30,733 nt of DNA from a virus. Taxonomy: Duplodnaviria > Caudoviricetes. Shown piece by piece: positions 15,631 through 24,705 of the stretch. The stretch spans positions 1 through 30,733 of the IMG/VR virus record IMGVR_UViG_3300020045_006769. One strand, 5' to 3'. The translations under genes and the position numbers were made by a program. A model generated the notes under the pieces. That model was not told where the DNA came from. It saw only the letters and a list, made by a program, of their open reading frames with translations, and searched no databases. Each line of letters opens with the position of its first letter. Position 1 is the stretch's first letter.

Positions 15631-17063
15631 TCTCCTGTTAAGGTTACTAATCCAATTTCGTCGGGTGTAATTACCAAATCATCGTATTGTACCATATTAG
15701 TATCAAGTGCAACCGATAAGGTAGGTGCATTGGTCTGTTGGTATATCATTGCGGTAAATTTCAAAGCATAAGGGCAAGTATAGGTAAAGGCTTCAACGGC
15801 TTCAAATTTGATGTGAACCTGAAATTCAGAACCAAGACTTTGTACTTTTTCAAGTTCTGCTTCAGTTAAATGCCCGAAGAAGTTATTGTCATGGTCGCCA
15901 CCATCTAAACCTTTAAGGGTGTTGTGTTCTGGTATTAAAAGGTCTGATAACGGAAGCGTATAAATGCAATAAGCGGAAGTGGTCAATGCGATCCAATCCT
16001 CGCTCTTGGGAATGTAATTGATAGGGGTATGATCTCGCCATTCTGTTTCGGCAAGATTTAAATCAAGCCATTCAATACCGTTTATAACAATTGTGGAATA
16101 GACAGTCCCATTATTCCCAATATATGAACCCGCTTCACCTTCAGAAAGCAAGGTGGAAGGATTACAAAGGCGAATAGATAGCCCAAGTGTTTTTAAGTTA
16201 TTGTTTTGTACAACATACACCTCTTGACGATAAAAAACAGCACTATACCCTCCTTCGGATGAGTATTCATCAGAACTCCACAGAAAACCATTATCACCAA
16301 GAAGTATAAACGAACCATCCCAATCTCTTAAACCACCACCAACCGCACTAAACCCAAAGTCATTAGTCGCCCCGACGTTTGGGTAATCCCAGTGTAACAA
16401 TCCTTCTTCTTTCAACTTGCCTCCAGCAACACTGCTTCCTCCACAATAATCCAGTAAATCTTCAATAGAAACTTTGGTTGAAACAATCCAATCATCGGAA
16501 CTTGTTACTTTCCTTTCATCTACACCAATCCACCAATTATATAAATAATCCCAATTAAGTTTTTGACTTACGTCAGTTATGTTAACATTACCCAATTTAT
16601 GTGTATGGCTTGTTGCTGTTACCTCATTAACTGTGGTTGAATTAACTTCTGAAGGCAAACCCAAATCACCAATAACAGTATCACTCATTCCAAGTCCGTT
16701 TACCTGTGGAGTACCCCCACCCTCAACAACTTCGCTCCATGCGCCGTCTTTTCGCGCGTATTTTTTGCCATCTTTGGGTGCTTCGGGTATTTGCTTCGAA
16801 TTCCATAATATATGCGCCTCTCTCTTTCCATCCACAACCGGCGAAAAATGCCCGAGTTTGTAATAGATCAATCCGTCGCTTTCCCAATAGTCGAGCGGGT
16901 CGATGTGCGTTTCTGAAACGACTATTTCAGCCGTTTGTGTTTCGTCACCTGTTTCTTCGTCAATAACTACGGTAATTACCGCATAACACCAGTGCAGATT
17001 ATTGTTTGCCAGTGTGAGCGTGGTTTCGGCGAGGTCTAATATGAGGGTTGGATCGTAGGCCAT
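15621..17063 (-). CDS. tail fibre with foldon-like motif and permuted FISUMP domain
   Basis: IPEAPKDGKKYARKDGAW, SHTHKL, LYNW...AGGKLKEEG..PNVGATN..LSIRL, HNTLKGLDGG..HLT. Confidence 0.8.
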   Translation of the reverse strand: MAYDPTLILDLAETTLTLANNNLHWCYAVITVVIDEETGDETQTAEIVVSETHIDPLDYWESDGLIYYKLGHFSPVVDGKREAHILWNSKQIPEAPKDGKKYARKDGAWSEVVEGGGTPQVNGLGMSDTVIGDLGLPSEVNSTTVNEVTATSHTHKLGNVNITDVSQKLNWDYLYNWWIGVDERKVTSSDDWIVSTKVSIEDLLDYCGGSSVAGGKLKEEGLLHWDYPNVGATNDFGFSAVGGGLRDWDGSFILLGDNGFLWSSDEYSSEGGYSAVFYRQEVYVVQNNNLKTLGLSIRLCNPSTLLSEGEAGSYIGNNGTVYSTIVINGIEWLDLNLAETEWRDHTPINYIPKSEDWIALTTSAYCIYTLPLSDLLIPEHNTLKGLDGGDHDNNFFGHLTEAELEKVQSLGSEFQVHIKFEAVEAFTYTCPYALKFTAMIYQQTNAPTLSVALDTNMVQYDDLVITPDEIGLVTLTGEWL

Positions 17064-19426
17064 TATTCCATTGCTTTTAATCGGTTGTCTTTGTCGAGCG
17101 CGTTGTAATTATGAATCAGTAATTGCCCTGCTGAAAATTTAACCTGGTTGGCATTGCCTCCGAAATTAACTTCAGCAACGGATGTTAACGAGAATTGTAA
17201 TTGTCCGGCGGCCTGATTGAGATTATAGGGAGCAACGGCGGCTTTTTTAATCTGAAAGCGGGGCAATCCGTCCATGTCGTCGAGTATCGGATCGTCGCCA
17301 AACTTTTTAAGCTCAAAATCTTTGTCGTATAAATAACCGGGCGACGAAACTTTTACCCCGTTTTCGTCGATCAATGTTACCCGCTCTTCAATGTTTTTTG
17401 GTGTGGCCGGTATTTCTTGTATGGATAAACCTTCTTCGTCGAATTCGGTGGCTACCTCAACGGTTAACGCATCGATATCGAGCGTGGGTATTTCGGTATA
17501 ATTACCCTCAATGGCTCCCATGCGGTTGTCGTAGCTGATGCCGTTTTCCAACAGGCGACGGCCTGTGGTGGTAATGTCGTCGATAACCATGGCAAGCGTG
17601 GGCGTGATGCCTTGCATCCTGATGCTGTAAACCTGCCGGGGGTTGGCTTGCTCGGCGGCGGCTAATCGACAGGCAAATTCAACAAATGTGTATGATGCAC
17701 TTCCGGGTATCGACCACCCGCTGGTGTATGATGTTCCGTTGGCCCTGAACAATCCGTGAGAATAAATAATATTCGCGTTTGCCAACTGCGGCAGGTCGCC
17801 AATAACCAAGGTGCGGTCGTCGGGCTTGTAATTGTTGTTGACGTTGTTGATTACTTTAAATGATTTTTGTTCGGGATACTGGTTGTCGGTTTCGTCGACC
17901 AGTTCGAGGGTAACACCTGTATAACACGATCCGGTGTGTTGCTGGCGGTTGGTGTACGGAACATACAGGTATAATTCTAAAACTCCATCGCCCGGGATTC
18001 CTTCGGCGGTGGCGCGGAATTCTTCAAAATGATCGATGATCTGATCGGGAGGGTAGGCGGTAACATCTTCGAAGGTGTTGGCGTATTTTCCACGGTTGGG
18101 GCCTGACTTAATCCAGCTTTTTGCCGATTTCATGCAGATATGGTCGTCGCCCTGGCTTGGTTTGTCGTTGTAGTTTATCCATTCCCATTTTAGTTCGCGG
18201 GTATCTGAATAGCGTTCGCGACGTAAATAATATGAATTTGTCGCGCCTGTTACCCTTATATTTATAAACATCAAACACGAATACCATAATTTGATGCCTA
18301 ATATAGTGTCAGGATTGGCAGACCCCATCAGGGCATATTTCATGGCGAAGTTTAACTTCGATGTGGTTTCCTGAACGGGCAGGCTTTTGGTGATTCCATT
18401 TGTAATCAGGCCATAACCTTCGTGGGCGAAAGTGTCGGGGTATTGTTTGCCCGGAATAAATACAAACTTATTGCCGTCGGTGTCTAAAGCGAGTTGTTCG
18501 GGTGTCGCCCACAGGTTTGTCCAGGTATCGAATTTGGCTAATTCTTCGTTGAATTTAGCGAACGATCCGTTGGTTATCAGCGATTTGTTATAGCCGTAAT
18601 CCTGAATGAATATTTGCTGTTTCAGGGCTGGCAACATGTCGAGCTGCGGTTCGTTTTCGATCCAGTAGTCACCCGAATCGAGTTTTACCCCGATGGTTCC
18701 GGCTGAAACATACGCGCCCGCGTAGGTGTATTTTTTGTAGGCGATGGTGTCGGACCTCAACGCCGAATACGAAACTACCCACCACTGGCCTAACCGCTGA
18801 AATATGCGGCAATTGAGCAGTATTTCTTCGAGCAGGTCGTAACAGTTCATTTTTGCAAGCGATTCGGTTTGCTTGTATGTTTGCGATAAAATGTCGGTTC
18901 CGGCGGTTTGCCCCACTTCGGTAAAATCGACAGCGGTATTGATGTTTATTTGCAGCCCTGTATTTTCGAGCACTACGGCTATAATTTGCAACAGGGTGAG
19001 CTTGGTACCTTCGGCATACTCCGGGAATATGGAGTTTTTTAGCGCTCCTAACCCATCGGTGGCGGTGGCCGATACCTGGTAAGTGGTGGCGGTTAACGGT
19101 TCGCTCCAATTTTCGGGCGAAATAAACCCCGACCATACCAGCGTACCGTCGTATTTATGATCGACACGGTATTTCTTTGAGTCGGAGGTGTAAAGGCTTA
19201 AAAATTCGAAATCGTATTCGGCGAAGAAATTCATTATTGCTTCCGACCCGTAAACAGTTGGCAGTTCGTTGCCCGATTTGTCGCCGTAATTTACCACCAT
19301 CGGCTCGTTTCCTTCGAGGGTGCGAACGTCGGCATTGCCTGCGTAATCGCGCTCTAAAATATCGATCTGCGATAGTTTGCCGAGAAAGTCGTGGTGTTCG
19401 AGTCGTATGCGTAAATTATAAGACAT
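17063..19426 (-). CDS. minor tail / tail-tip protein
   Basis: 787 aa directly after the tape measure; LVWSGFI and ATDGLGALK motifs. Confidence 0.75.
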   Translation of the reverse strand: MSYNLRIRLEHHDFLGKLSQIDILERDYAGNADVRTLEGNEPMVVNYGDKSGNELPTVYGSEAIMNFFAEYDFEFLSLYTSDSKKYRVDHKYDGTLVWSGFISPENWSEPLTATTYQVSATATDGLGALKNSIFPEYAEGTKLTLLQIIAVVLENTGLQININTAVDFTEVGQTAGTDILSQTYKQTESLAKMNCYDLLEEILLNCRIFQRLGQWWVVSYSALRSDTIAYKKYTYAGAYVSAGTIGVKLDSGDYWIENEPQLDMLPALKQQIFIQDYGYNKSLITNGSFAKFNEELAKFDTWTNLWATPEQLALDTDGNKFVFIPGKQYPDTFAHEGYGLITNGITKSLPVQETTSKLNFAMKYALMGSANPDTILGIKLWYSCLMFINIRVTGATNSYYLRRERYSDTRELKWEWINYNDKPSQGDDHICMKSAKSWIKSGPNRGKYANTFEDVTAYPPDQIIDHFEEFRATAEGIPGDGVLELYLYVPYTNRQQHTGSCYTGVTLELVDETDNQYPEQKSFKVINNVNNNYKPDDRTLVIGDLPQLANANIIYSHGLFRANGTSYTSGWSIPGSASYTFVEFACRLAAAEQANPRQVYSIRMQGITPTLAMVIDDITTTGRRLLENGISYDNRMGAIEGNYTEIPTLDIDALTVEVATEFDEEGLSIQEIPATPKNIEERVTLIDENGVKVSSPGYLYDKDFELKKFGDDPILDDMDGLPRFQIKKAAVAPYNLNQAAGQLQFSLTSVAEVNFGGNANQVKFSAGQLLIHNYNALDKDNRLKAME

Positions 19427-19430
19427 AAAA

Positions 19431-19600
19431 GCCTCCCCCCTGCCCCTCCGATGGAGGGGTGATTAGCAGCCTCACCCCAACCCTCTCCAAAAGAGAGGGG
19501 GTTTGAACCGCTTTATTTATTATTGTAGTGTTATTATTCATTTACTATTTGTTTGGTCGTTTTTTAAGTCTCCCCCCACGGGGGAGATTTAGAGGGGGCT
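19431..19600. repeat. C/G-tract palindromic repeat cluster (REP/MITE-like)
   Basis: CCCCTCC-GAT-GGAGGGG and CCTCACCCCAACCCTCTCCAAAAGAGAGGG, with an opposite-facing TCTCCCCC-CAC-GGGGGAGATTTAGAGGGGGC. Confidence 0.7.
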
Positions 19601-21760
19601 TTACGTGCGGCGCGAAAGGCGGCGCTCGTGTTTCTTCATTAATATGTATATATCTTCGCCTTTGATGCGGGCTTCGTTTATGATGCTTATTTCGGAACTG
19701 CCACCCGAACCCGACGAACCACGGTTATTGCGGTGGCGCGGGTCGCTGGCTGTGAGGATCTCTTCGCCTGAATTGACACGAGCGAGTACTTTGTCACCGT
19801 TAAATGATGATCCCGGTACTACCCCACCGGTGGCGAATCCTTTTACTCCTGTTGCCAATGCAGCAACGATTGAGCCGATGGTTACGGCCAAAGCAATTAA
19901 GTTTAACGGAAATGGTACCGACTGACTGGCGGCGGTTCCTGATGCGATGGCTTCTGTGCTTTTGGCGGCTGTTACGGTTGCTGAACTTGAAACCTGTGCC
20001 GTTGTTAATGCTGCAATTTGAGCTATAAGCGTAGGGATTAAACCTAAAATAGTGCTAACCATGTTTAAAAACGAACCGGCTGCACCGCCAATTGAATTAC
20101 CCAGCATATCAAATTGACCGGATAATATTTCAAGGTTCGATGGTTGATCGTTAAAGGCTTGCCATTCTTTGCGAAATTTTGATAAGCGTTCTTTGTTGGC
20201 ATCGATGCTGTCGCCCATGTTGTCGAAACGGTAATTTTTATCTTTAGGGTCTACTGGTGTCGAAACTTTAGCTTTTGTAATCGGTGTTATCTGCATAAAA
20301 GCATCGTTTCGAAAACTGGCCGGATCGCTGGCGATGTTGGCATAGGCTTGTTTGAGTTTTTCGAGGGCGGTAATTTTTGCGCCTATAATTTGGATGGAGG
20401 CGATATCGGAGCCATTCAATGCATCTTGTTGATCTTTTAGTGTTTTAATTTGTGCATCTAGGCTATTTGTTTTTGGGGTTATTTTATTATTGTTTTTTTT
20501 CTTTTCTATTTCTTCTAAATTTTGAAAATGAGATGTTACAGCCTTTCGTTCTTCTATCATTAAATTCAATTGTTTTGCTAATTGCATTTTTTGTTCTTCG
20601 GTTTTCCCCCTAAAACTGGCCTGTGTGCTTGCAATACCGTCGTCAATCGATTTGTTATATAATTCAATTGCTCTTTTGTGTGCTTCAGCTTGCGATACTC
20701 CATTTTTAAGTAGACTTTTTTCCATTGTTTCAATTTCTCCCAATGCATTTTGCATAGAACTTACAATAGATTCATCTTTAACGGCTTGTTTAATCATTTG
20801 CACTGATTTAAGTGCACTGTCGAGTGTATTTACAAAGCCTGTCATCCATCCTATTACTGTGACCATTACGCCACTTGTTCCTGATCCCATGGTATTCATT
20901 AATCCATCCCATGCATCGCCCATATTTGAGATTTTACCACCTAAAGTGGCGGCAATGGCTGCCATTGATCCGGCAACTCCCTGCATATTTCCTAAACCTG
21001 ATATATATGCTTTTATCGCTTCAGCATTATTGGCAACAACTGTTGATTGTTCTTTAAATGTGAATGTGATTTTGTCGCCCTCTTTCTTTGATTTAATTCC
21101 AAACTCTTTTAATCGTTCAAATTCACCTGTTACAGCATCGGCTAAAGCTTCTGCAAATTGATCAATACCCTTTCCAACGCTTGATGCTAAATCGCCATAA
21201 GATCGCATTTCGTCTTTCGAAGGTTTTAAACCAAAATTAGTTAGCTTTACAAATGCGCCGGTTAATTCGGTTAAAGCAAATGGTGTTTCAGAAGCAAATT
21301 TTACCAACATTGCCATTTCTTTGCGAGCTTCTTTTTGACTTCCAAGTGTGTTTGTTAATACTGCTTCATATTTTTCAAACTCTTTTCTGACATTAATAAT
21401 GTTCGAAACTAATCCTGTAATTCCAGCGGCTACGGCTGCAAATCCGATGGTCGGCAATAATGATTTTAATTTACCTAATGGCCCGGCTGATTCGGTTGTT
21501 TTCCCTTTAAACTTATTAATTGCGGCTGTCGTTTTATCGATCTCCTTTTGCATTCGCTGATATTCTTCAGCTGTTAATGCCTTGCGCTGTGTCTGTTTTA
21601 ATGATCTTAATTGACCTTCCATTGCGCGTAATGGAGATGTTAATTTTTTATCAACGGTTTCGCCAAACTTTGCGCTGGTGTCTTGCGCCTGTTTAAATCC
21701 TGAGGTAAAGTCTTTCAGGTCGGTTACCAGCTTTACGCCTATGGATAGTTCTTTTGCCAT
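19601..21760 (-). CDS. tape measure protein
   Basis: FASETPF, ADAVTGEFERLKEFGI, TLGGKISNMGDAW and FATGGVVPG..GDKVLARVNSGE; probable start MAKELSIG. Confidence 0.92.
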   Translation of the reverse strand: MAKELSIGVKLVTDLKDFTSGFKQAQDTSAKFGETVDKKLTSPLRAMEGQLRSLKQTQRKALTAEEYQRMQKEIDKTTAAINKFKGKTTESAGPLGKLKSLLPTIGFAAVAAGITGLVSNIINVRKEFEKYEAVLTNTLGSQKEARKEMAMLVKFASETPFALTELTGAFVKLTNFGLKPSKDEMRSYGDLASSVGKGIDQFAEALADAVTGEFERLKEFGIKSKKEGDKITFTFKEQSTVVANNAEAIKAYISGLGNMQGVAGSMAAIAATLGGKISNMGDAWDGLMNTMGSGTSGVMVTVIGWMTGFVNTLDSALKSVQMIKQAVKDESIVSSMQNALGEIETMEKSLLKNGVSQAEAHKRAIELYNKSIDDGIASTQASFRGKTEEQKMQLAKQLNLMIEERKAVTSHFQNLEEIEKKKNNNKITPKTNSLDAQIKTLKDQQDALNGSDIASIQIIGAKITALEKLKQAYANIASDPASFRNDAFMQITPITKAKVSTPVDPKDKNYRFDNMGDSIDANKERLSKFRKEWQAFNDQPSNLEILSGQFDMLGNSIGGAAGSFLNMVSTILGLIPTLIAQIAALTTAQVSSSATVTAAKSTEAIASGTAASQSVPFPLNLIALAVTIGSIVAALATGVKGFATGGVVPGSSFNGDKVLARVNSGEEILTASDPRHRNNRGSSGSGGSSEISIINEARIKGEDIYILMKKHERRLSRRT

Positions 21761-21768
21761 GATTTTTA

Positions 21769-22506
21769 TTATTGGGTAGAGACGCAATATTTTGCGTCTT
21801 TACATTGTGCAATTGATTTGCGTATGAGTTCTGCTTCTGGAAAATGGATTAAGATTTCGTCGAGCGTGAGTGGCGACGGTAAAAAGGCGCTCATCTGATT
21901 GATGTTTACGTCTGATTTAATGTCGAGCGCATAAACGTCGCGGGTGTTAATCAGGTGGTTGCCTATGCCTACGTTTTGCAATTGCCGCCAACTGTAGGTG
22001 TCCATTCCGCGGCGGCCTTGTGGCTCCCATAAGGTGGTGCGGCGGGTAACGGTTTCTATGGCTTTGCGCGAAATGCAACGACCGGCGCCCAGTACTTTGT
22101 TGGTTTCCCAAAAGGCTACTTCTCCGTTGCGGGCATCGGCAAAATATACACTCGATGGGTGCAGTTGCTGAATGCCTTCGAGCAACAGGGGTTCAATTAA
22201 ATCGAGGTATCCGGATGTGAGTAAATCGTCTGATCCGATTTCCATGATGTAATCGAACTGATAATTTTCGAGGGCGTATTTTATCCCTGCGTTTTTCTTC
22301 GCTCCCAGTGGGTCGTTGGTAACGTAAACAAAATCGTATTTCAGCTTAATCAATTCGGCGGCGGCCCAACTTTCGGACACCATAAAAAACGGGCGTATGT
22401 TGAACCGCTTTTTGTCGTGATTTACCAGGCGTTTGATTCCGGCTAAACAGATTTTGAATATTTCGGGGCGTTGCCAAACTGGGGTAAAGGTTATAATGTT
22501 GATCAT
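21769..22506 (-). CDS. GT-A fold glycosyltransferase (family 2-like)
   Basis: TPVWQRPEI, PLGAKKNAG, DYIMEIGSDDLL (DxD-like) and GAGR motifs. Confidence 0.8.
   Translation of the reverse strand: MINIITFTPVWQRPEIFKICLAGIKRLVNHDKKRFNIRPFFMVSESWAAAELIKLKYDFVYVTNDPLGAKKNAGIKYALENYQFDYIMEIGSDDLLTSGYLDLIEPLLLEGIQQLHPSSVYFADARNGEVAFWETNKVLGAGRCISRKAIETVTRRTTLWEPQGRRGMDTYSWRQLQNVGIGNHLINTRDVYALDIKSDVNINQMSAFLPSPLTLDEILIHFPEAELIRKSIAQCKDAKYCVSTQ
21775..21808. repeat. GTAG-type REP palindrome, copy 1
   Basis: GGTAGAGACGCAATATTTTGCGTCTTTACATTGT. Confidence 0.8.
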
Positions 22507-22519
22507 GGTTTTTTGTTTT

Positions 22520-22553
22520 GGTAGAGACGCAAAATATTGCGTCTCTACATTGT
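22520..22553. repeat. GTAG-type REP palindrome, copy 2
   Basis: GGTAGAGACGCAAAATATTGCGTCTCTACATTGT; 31 of 34 identical to copy 1. Confidence 0.8.
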
Positions 22554-22873
22554 TAATTCATTTTTGCCAGTGATTCGGCGGCGGCCTGGCGTTTGGCTCT
22601 TAATGCTACGGTGGCATCGTATTCTTTTTGCATTTTGGCTTTATCGGCGGCGGCTATTTCGGCATCCCACGGCATAGGCATCTTTTCGCCTGTTAGCGCC
22701 TGAACAACGATGCGAGTTTTTTCCCAGCCTTCGCGGTAATACGGTACAAGGCTCTCAAGCTCATGAAAATCCATATCGAACCAAAAATAACGGGGATCAA
22801 TACCGGAGCTGCCAACAGCAAAACCGAAAGAATCCATAACCCAAAAAAGGTTTTGAGTATCTGAAACTTTTTT
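22553..22873 (-). CDS. tail assembly chaperone T segment (reached by -1 frameshift)
   Basis: The -1 frame is open from the slippery site: KVSDTQNLFWVMDSFGFAVGSSGIDPRYFW.DM...WEKTR...PWD. Confidence 0.75.
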   Translation of the reverse strand, partial: KKVSDTQNLFWVMDSFGFAVGSSGIDPRYFWFDMDFHELESLVPYYREGWEKTRIVVQALTGEKMPMPWDAEIAAADKAKMQKEYDATVALRAKRQAAAESLAKMN

Positions 22874-23166
22874 TTTGTTGGTGGTTCTGTGTTTGTGTTT
22901 GCGGTTTCTGGTTCCTGAATACCGAACGACAGATCGATTAACAACTGTGGGTTGGTGTCGAGCAAATCGACAAACTCGTCGATGTTTAACGTGAATTCCG
23001 GATTAATGGCTTTCAGTGAGCAAAAGGCATATAACAGGTTGTCCCAGCTTCCTGATACTTCCTGAATGGATTTGCCTGTCATTTCTTCGAACAGTTTAAT
23101 GGCACGGAATGAAAAGCCTATTTGATACTCTTTGTCGGCAATGGTAATGGGTTGGCGTGTGTTCAT
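22693..23166 (-). CDS. tail assembly chaperone G
   Basis: Lies between the tail tube and tape measure; FRAIKLFEEMTGK; PPTKKK encoded over an A9G run. Confidence 0.78.
   Translation of the reverse strand: MNTRQPITIADKEYQIGFSFRAIKLFEEMTGKSIQEVSGSWDNLLYAFCSLKAINPEFTLNIDEFVDLLDTNPQLLIDLSFGIQEPETANTNTEPPTKKKFQILKTFFGLWILSVLLLAAPVLIPVIFGSIWIFMSLRALYRITAKAGKKLASLFRR
22867..22876 (-). promoter_or_regulatory. -1 ribosomal frameshift slippery site
   Basis: Minus strand ACA AAA AAA AAG contains A AAA AAG in the correct phase; the downstream ORF is in the -1 frame. Confidence 0.8.
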
Positions 23167-23200
23167 GTAATTTAGTTATAAGTTATAAGTTATGAATTAT

Positions 23201-23229
23201 AGATTGCTTCGCGATGCTCGCAATGACGG
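23201..23229. repeat. GATTGC...GCAAT palindromic repeat, copy 1
   Basis: AGATTGCTTCGCGATGCTCGCAATGACGG. Confidence 0.6.
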
Positions 23230-23238
23230 TTAATAATG

Positions 23239-23263
23239 AAAAAGGCGGCGCGGGGCCGCCTTC
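23239..23263 (-). terminator. terminator after the tail tube gene
   Basis: GAAGGCGGC-CCCGC-GCCGCCTTTTT. Confidence 0.7.
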
Positions 23264-23286
23264 TCGGAAATGCTGCGATTCGGATT

Positions 23287-23796
23287 CTATGTAGTGACTG
23301 GCGGATAAGTCGCGTCAATTTTAGCCCATGCGTTGGTGACGTATTCGAGGTATTCGAGTTCCAAACAGCCTTGCATGGCGATACTGGCTTTTTGTAATTC
23401 GCCGTCGCTGGCTCCGATTGGTGTTTTTAACAATACTTGTCCGCGATAGGCAGGGCGGGTGGTGTCGATTTCGCCCGATGTATTTACAAAGGCCATGAAA
23501 ATGACTGGGCGATATTTCGATTTACGCATTACGGCAACTTCAGCAAAGTCTACTTCGTTGGTGTTGGTGTCGGATGCAATAAACATATCTACCGAAACTG
23601 ACCAGCGTTCGCGGCCATATTGGTAGTTGGCAAACTGTCCGTTATTTTTACTGGTCGACTCTAACTGGTCGGAGTCGTCGGAAATCTGGCAGGCGGTTTG
23701 GCCTGAAAATGGCCGATATGTTTTTACGGTGGTTCCTTCTTCAAGAAACATCCAAAGGTCGGTACCTTCGGCAATAATGCGGTTTGAATGTGGCAT
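23287..23796 (-). CDS. major tail (tube) protein
   Basis: Position and size; ESTSKNNG..YGRERWSVS, YRGQV and ASIAMQG motifs. Confidence 0.8.
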   Translation of the reverse strand: MPHSNRIIAEGTDLWMFLEEGTTVKTYRPFSGQTACQISDDSDQLESTSKNNGQFANYQYGRERWSVSVDMFIASDTNTNEVDFAEVAVMRKSKYRPVIFMAFVNTSGEIDTTRPAYRGQVLLKTPIGASDGELQKASIAMQGCLELEYLEYVTNAWAKIDATYPPVTT

Positions 23797-23828
23797 GGTA
23801 TAAATGGTTAATTGTTAATGTTTAATTA

Positions 23829-24224
23829 CTAATAATAAGCGGTGCGTATGTTGAAGGTTATTTTGTGCCCGTACATGTTAACGGGTGTGAATTCGTATTC
23901 ATCTTCAATTGATTTGCACCTGGGTAACCTGAACGTGATGTTTTTAAATTCGCCGGTTTGCATTTCGAGCGCATCGCGTAACTTCAGGGCTATATCCCAG
24001 CTCTTTTCGTAGCCTTTTGCAATGGTTAAGAACGTAACAACATGGTTGTTGGCAACCGGGCCGTTTTTTGCGTGTTCAGGAAACATCTGCACACTGTAAT
24101 ATATTGAGGCTAACAAATCGGAAGACTCGCCCGGTATGTCGATAATCGGGGCGATGCGGGTACCGATGACGGCGGTTAGTTCGGTGTCGTCGGTCAGGAG
24201 TTTAATGAGTGCTTTTGAAATCAT
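23829..24224 (-). CDS. tail terminator / completion protein (DUF3168-like)
   Basis: LLTDDTELTAVIGTRIAP...IALKLRDALE; synteny. Confidence 0.78.
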   Translation of the reverse strand: MISKALIKLLTDDTELTAVIGTRIAPIIDIPGESSDLLASIYYSVQMFPEHAKNGPVANNHVVTFLTIAKGYEKSWDIALKLRDALEMQTGEFKNITFRLPRCKSIEDEYEFTPVNMYGHKITFNIRTAYY

Positions 24225-24700
24225 GGTATTTGGCTTTCTATTAGTTTCTGAAGGTTGGCTATCATCTGTTCGCGTAATTCTGTGGTAACCTTTTGCTCTG
24301 TGTTTTGTACCGAATTGGTAAAAAAGTTGGTGGCCGTCATTCGGCCTCGGTTAAATCCTTTTCGCGTTTGGCGTTGTGCGGTTCCGGCATCGATTAAATG
24401 GCCGTGATAACCTTTGTATTTTCCAAACCGGCGGGCTCCCACTTTAGCCTCGACATAATTTGAATTGCCGTTTTTTTTGCCCGGAACAAAACCCAATGAA
24501 TTGTATAGGTTAAAGGTGCGCGAACGGCGTTTTAATTTGCGTACCAGCTCGCCTTTCGATTCGGCTATCAATGGTTCGGTGGCTTGCTCGTAGGCTTGCA
24601 TTACCAACTGGTATTTTTCAGATCGGCGCATGGACCTAAAAAATGCTTCGAGTTTATCGTCGTCAAATATGCGGGCTGATCCTCTGCCTTTCAGTGCCAT
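24221..24700 (-). CDS. HK97 gp10-like neck protein
   Basis: RTFNLYNS, HGHLIDAGT and RGRMTATNFF motifs. Confidence 0.78.
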   Translation of the reverse strand: MALKGRGSARIFDDDKLEAFFRSMRRSEKYQLVMQAYEQATEPLIAESKGELVRKLKRRSRTFNLYNSLGFVPGKKNGNSNYVEAKVGARRFGKYKGYHGHLIDAGTAQRQTRKGFNRGRMTATNFFTNSVQNTEQKVTTELREQMIANLQKLIESQIP

Positions 24701-24705
24701 TGTGG

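Noticed and set aside
12900-17063. Diversity-generating retroelement acting on the FISUMP genes
   Set aside because: No reverse transcriptase ORF, and I saw no near-identical template/variable repeat pair differing at adenines; the two paralogues diverge throughout. A DGR outside the window is not excluded.
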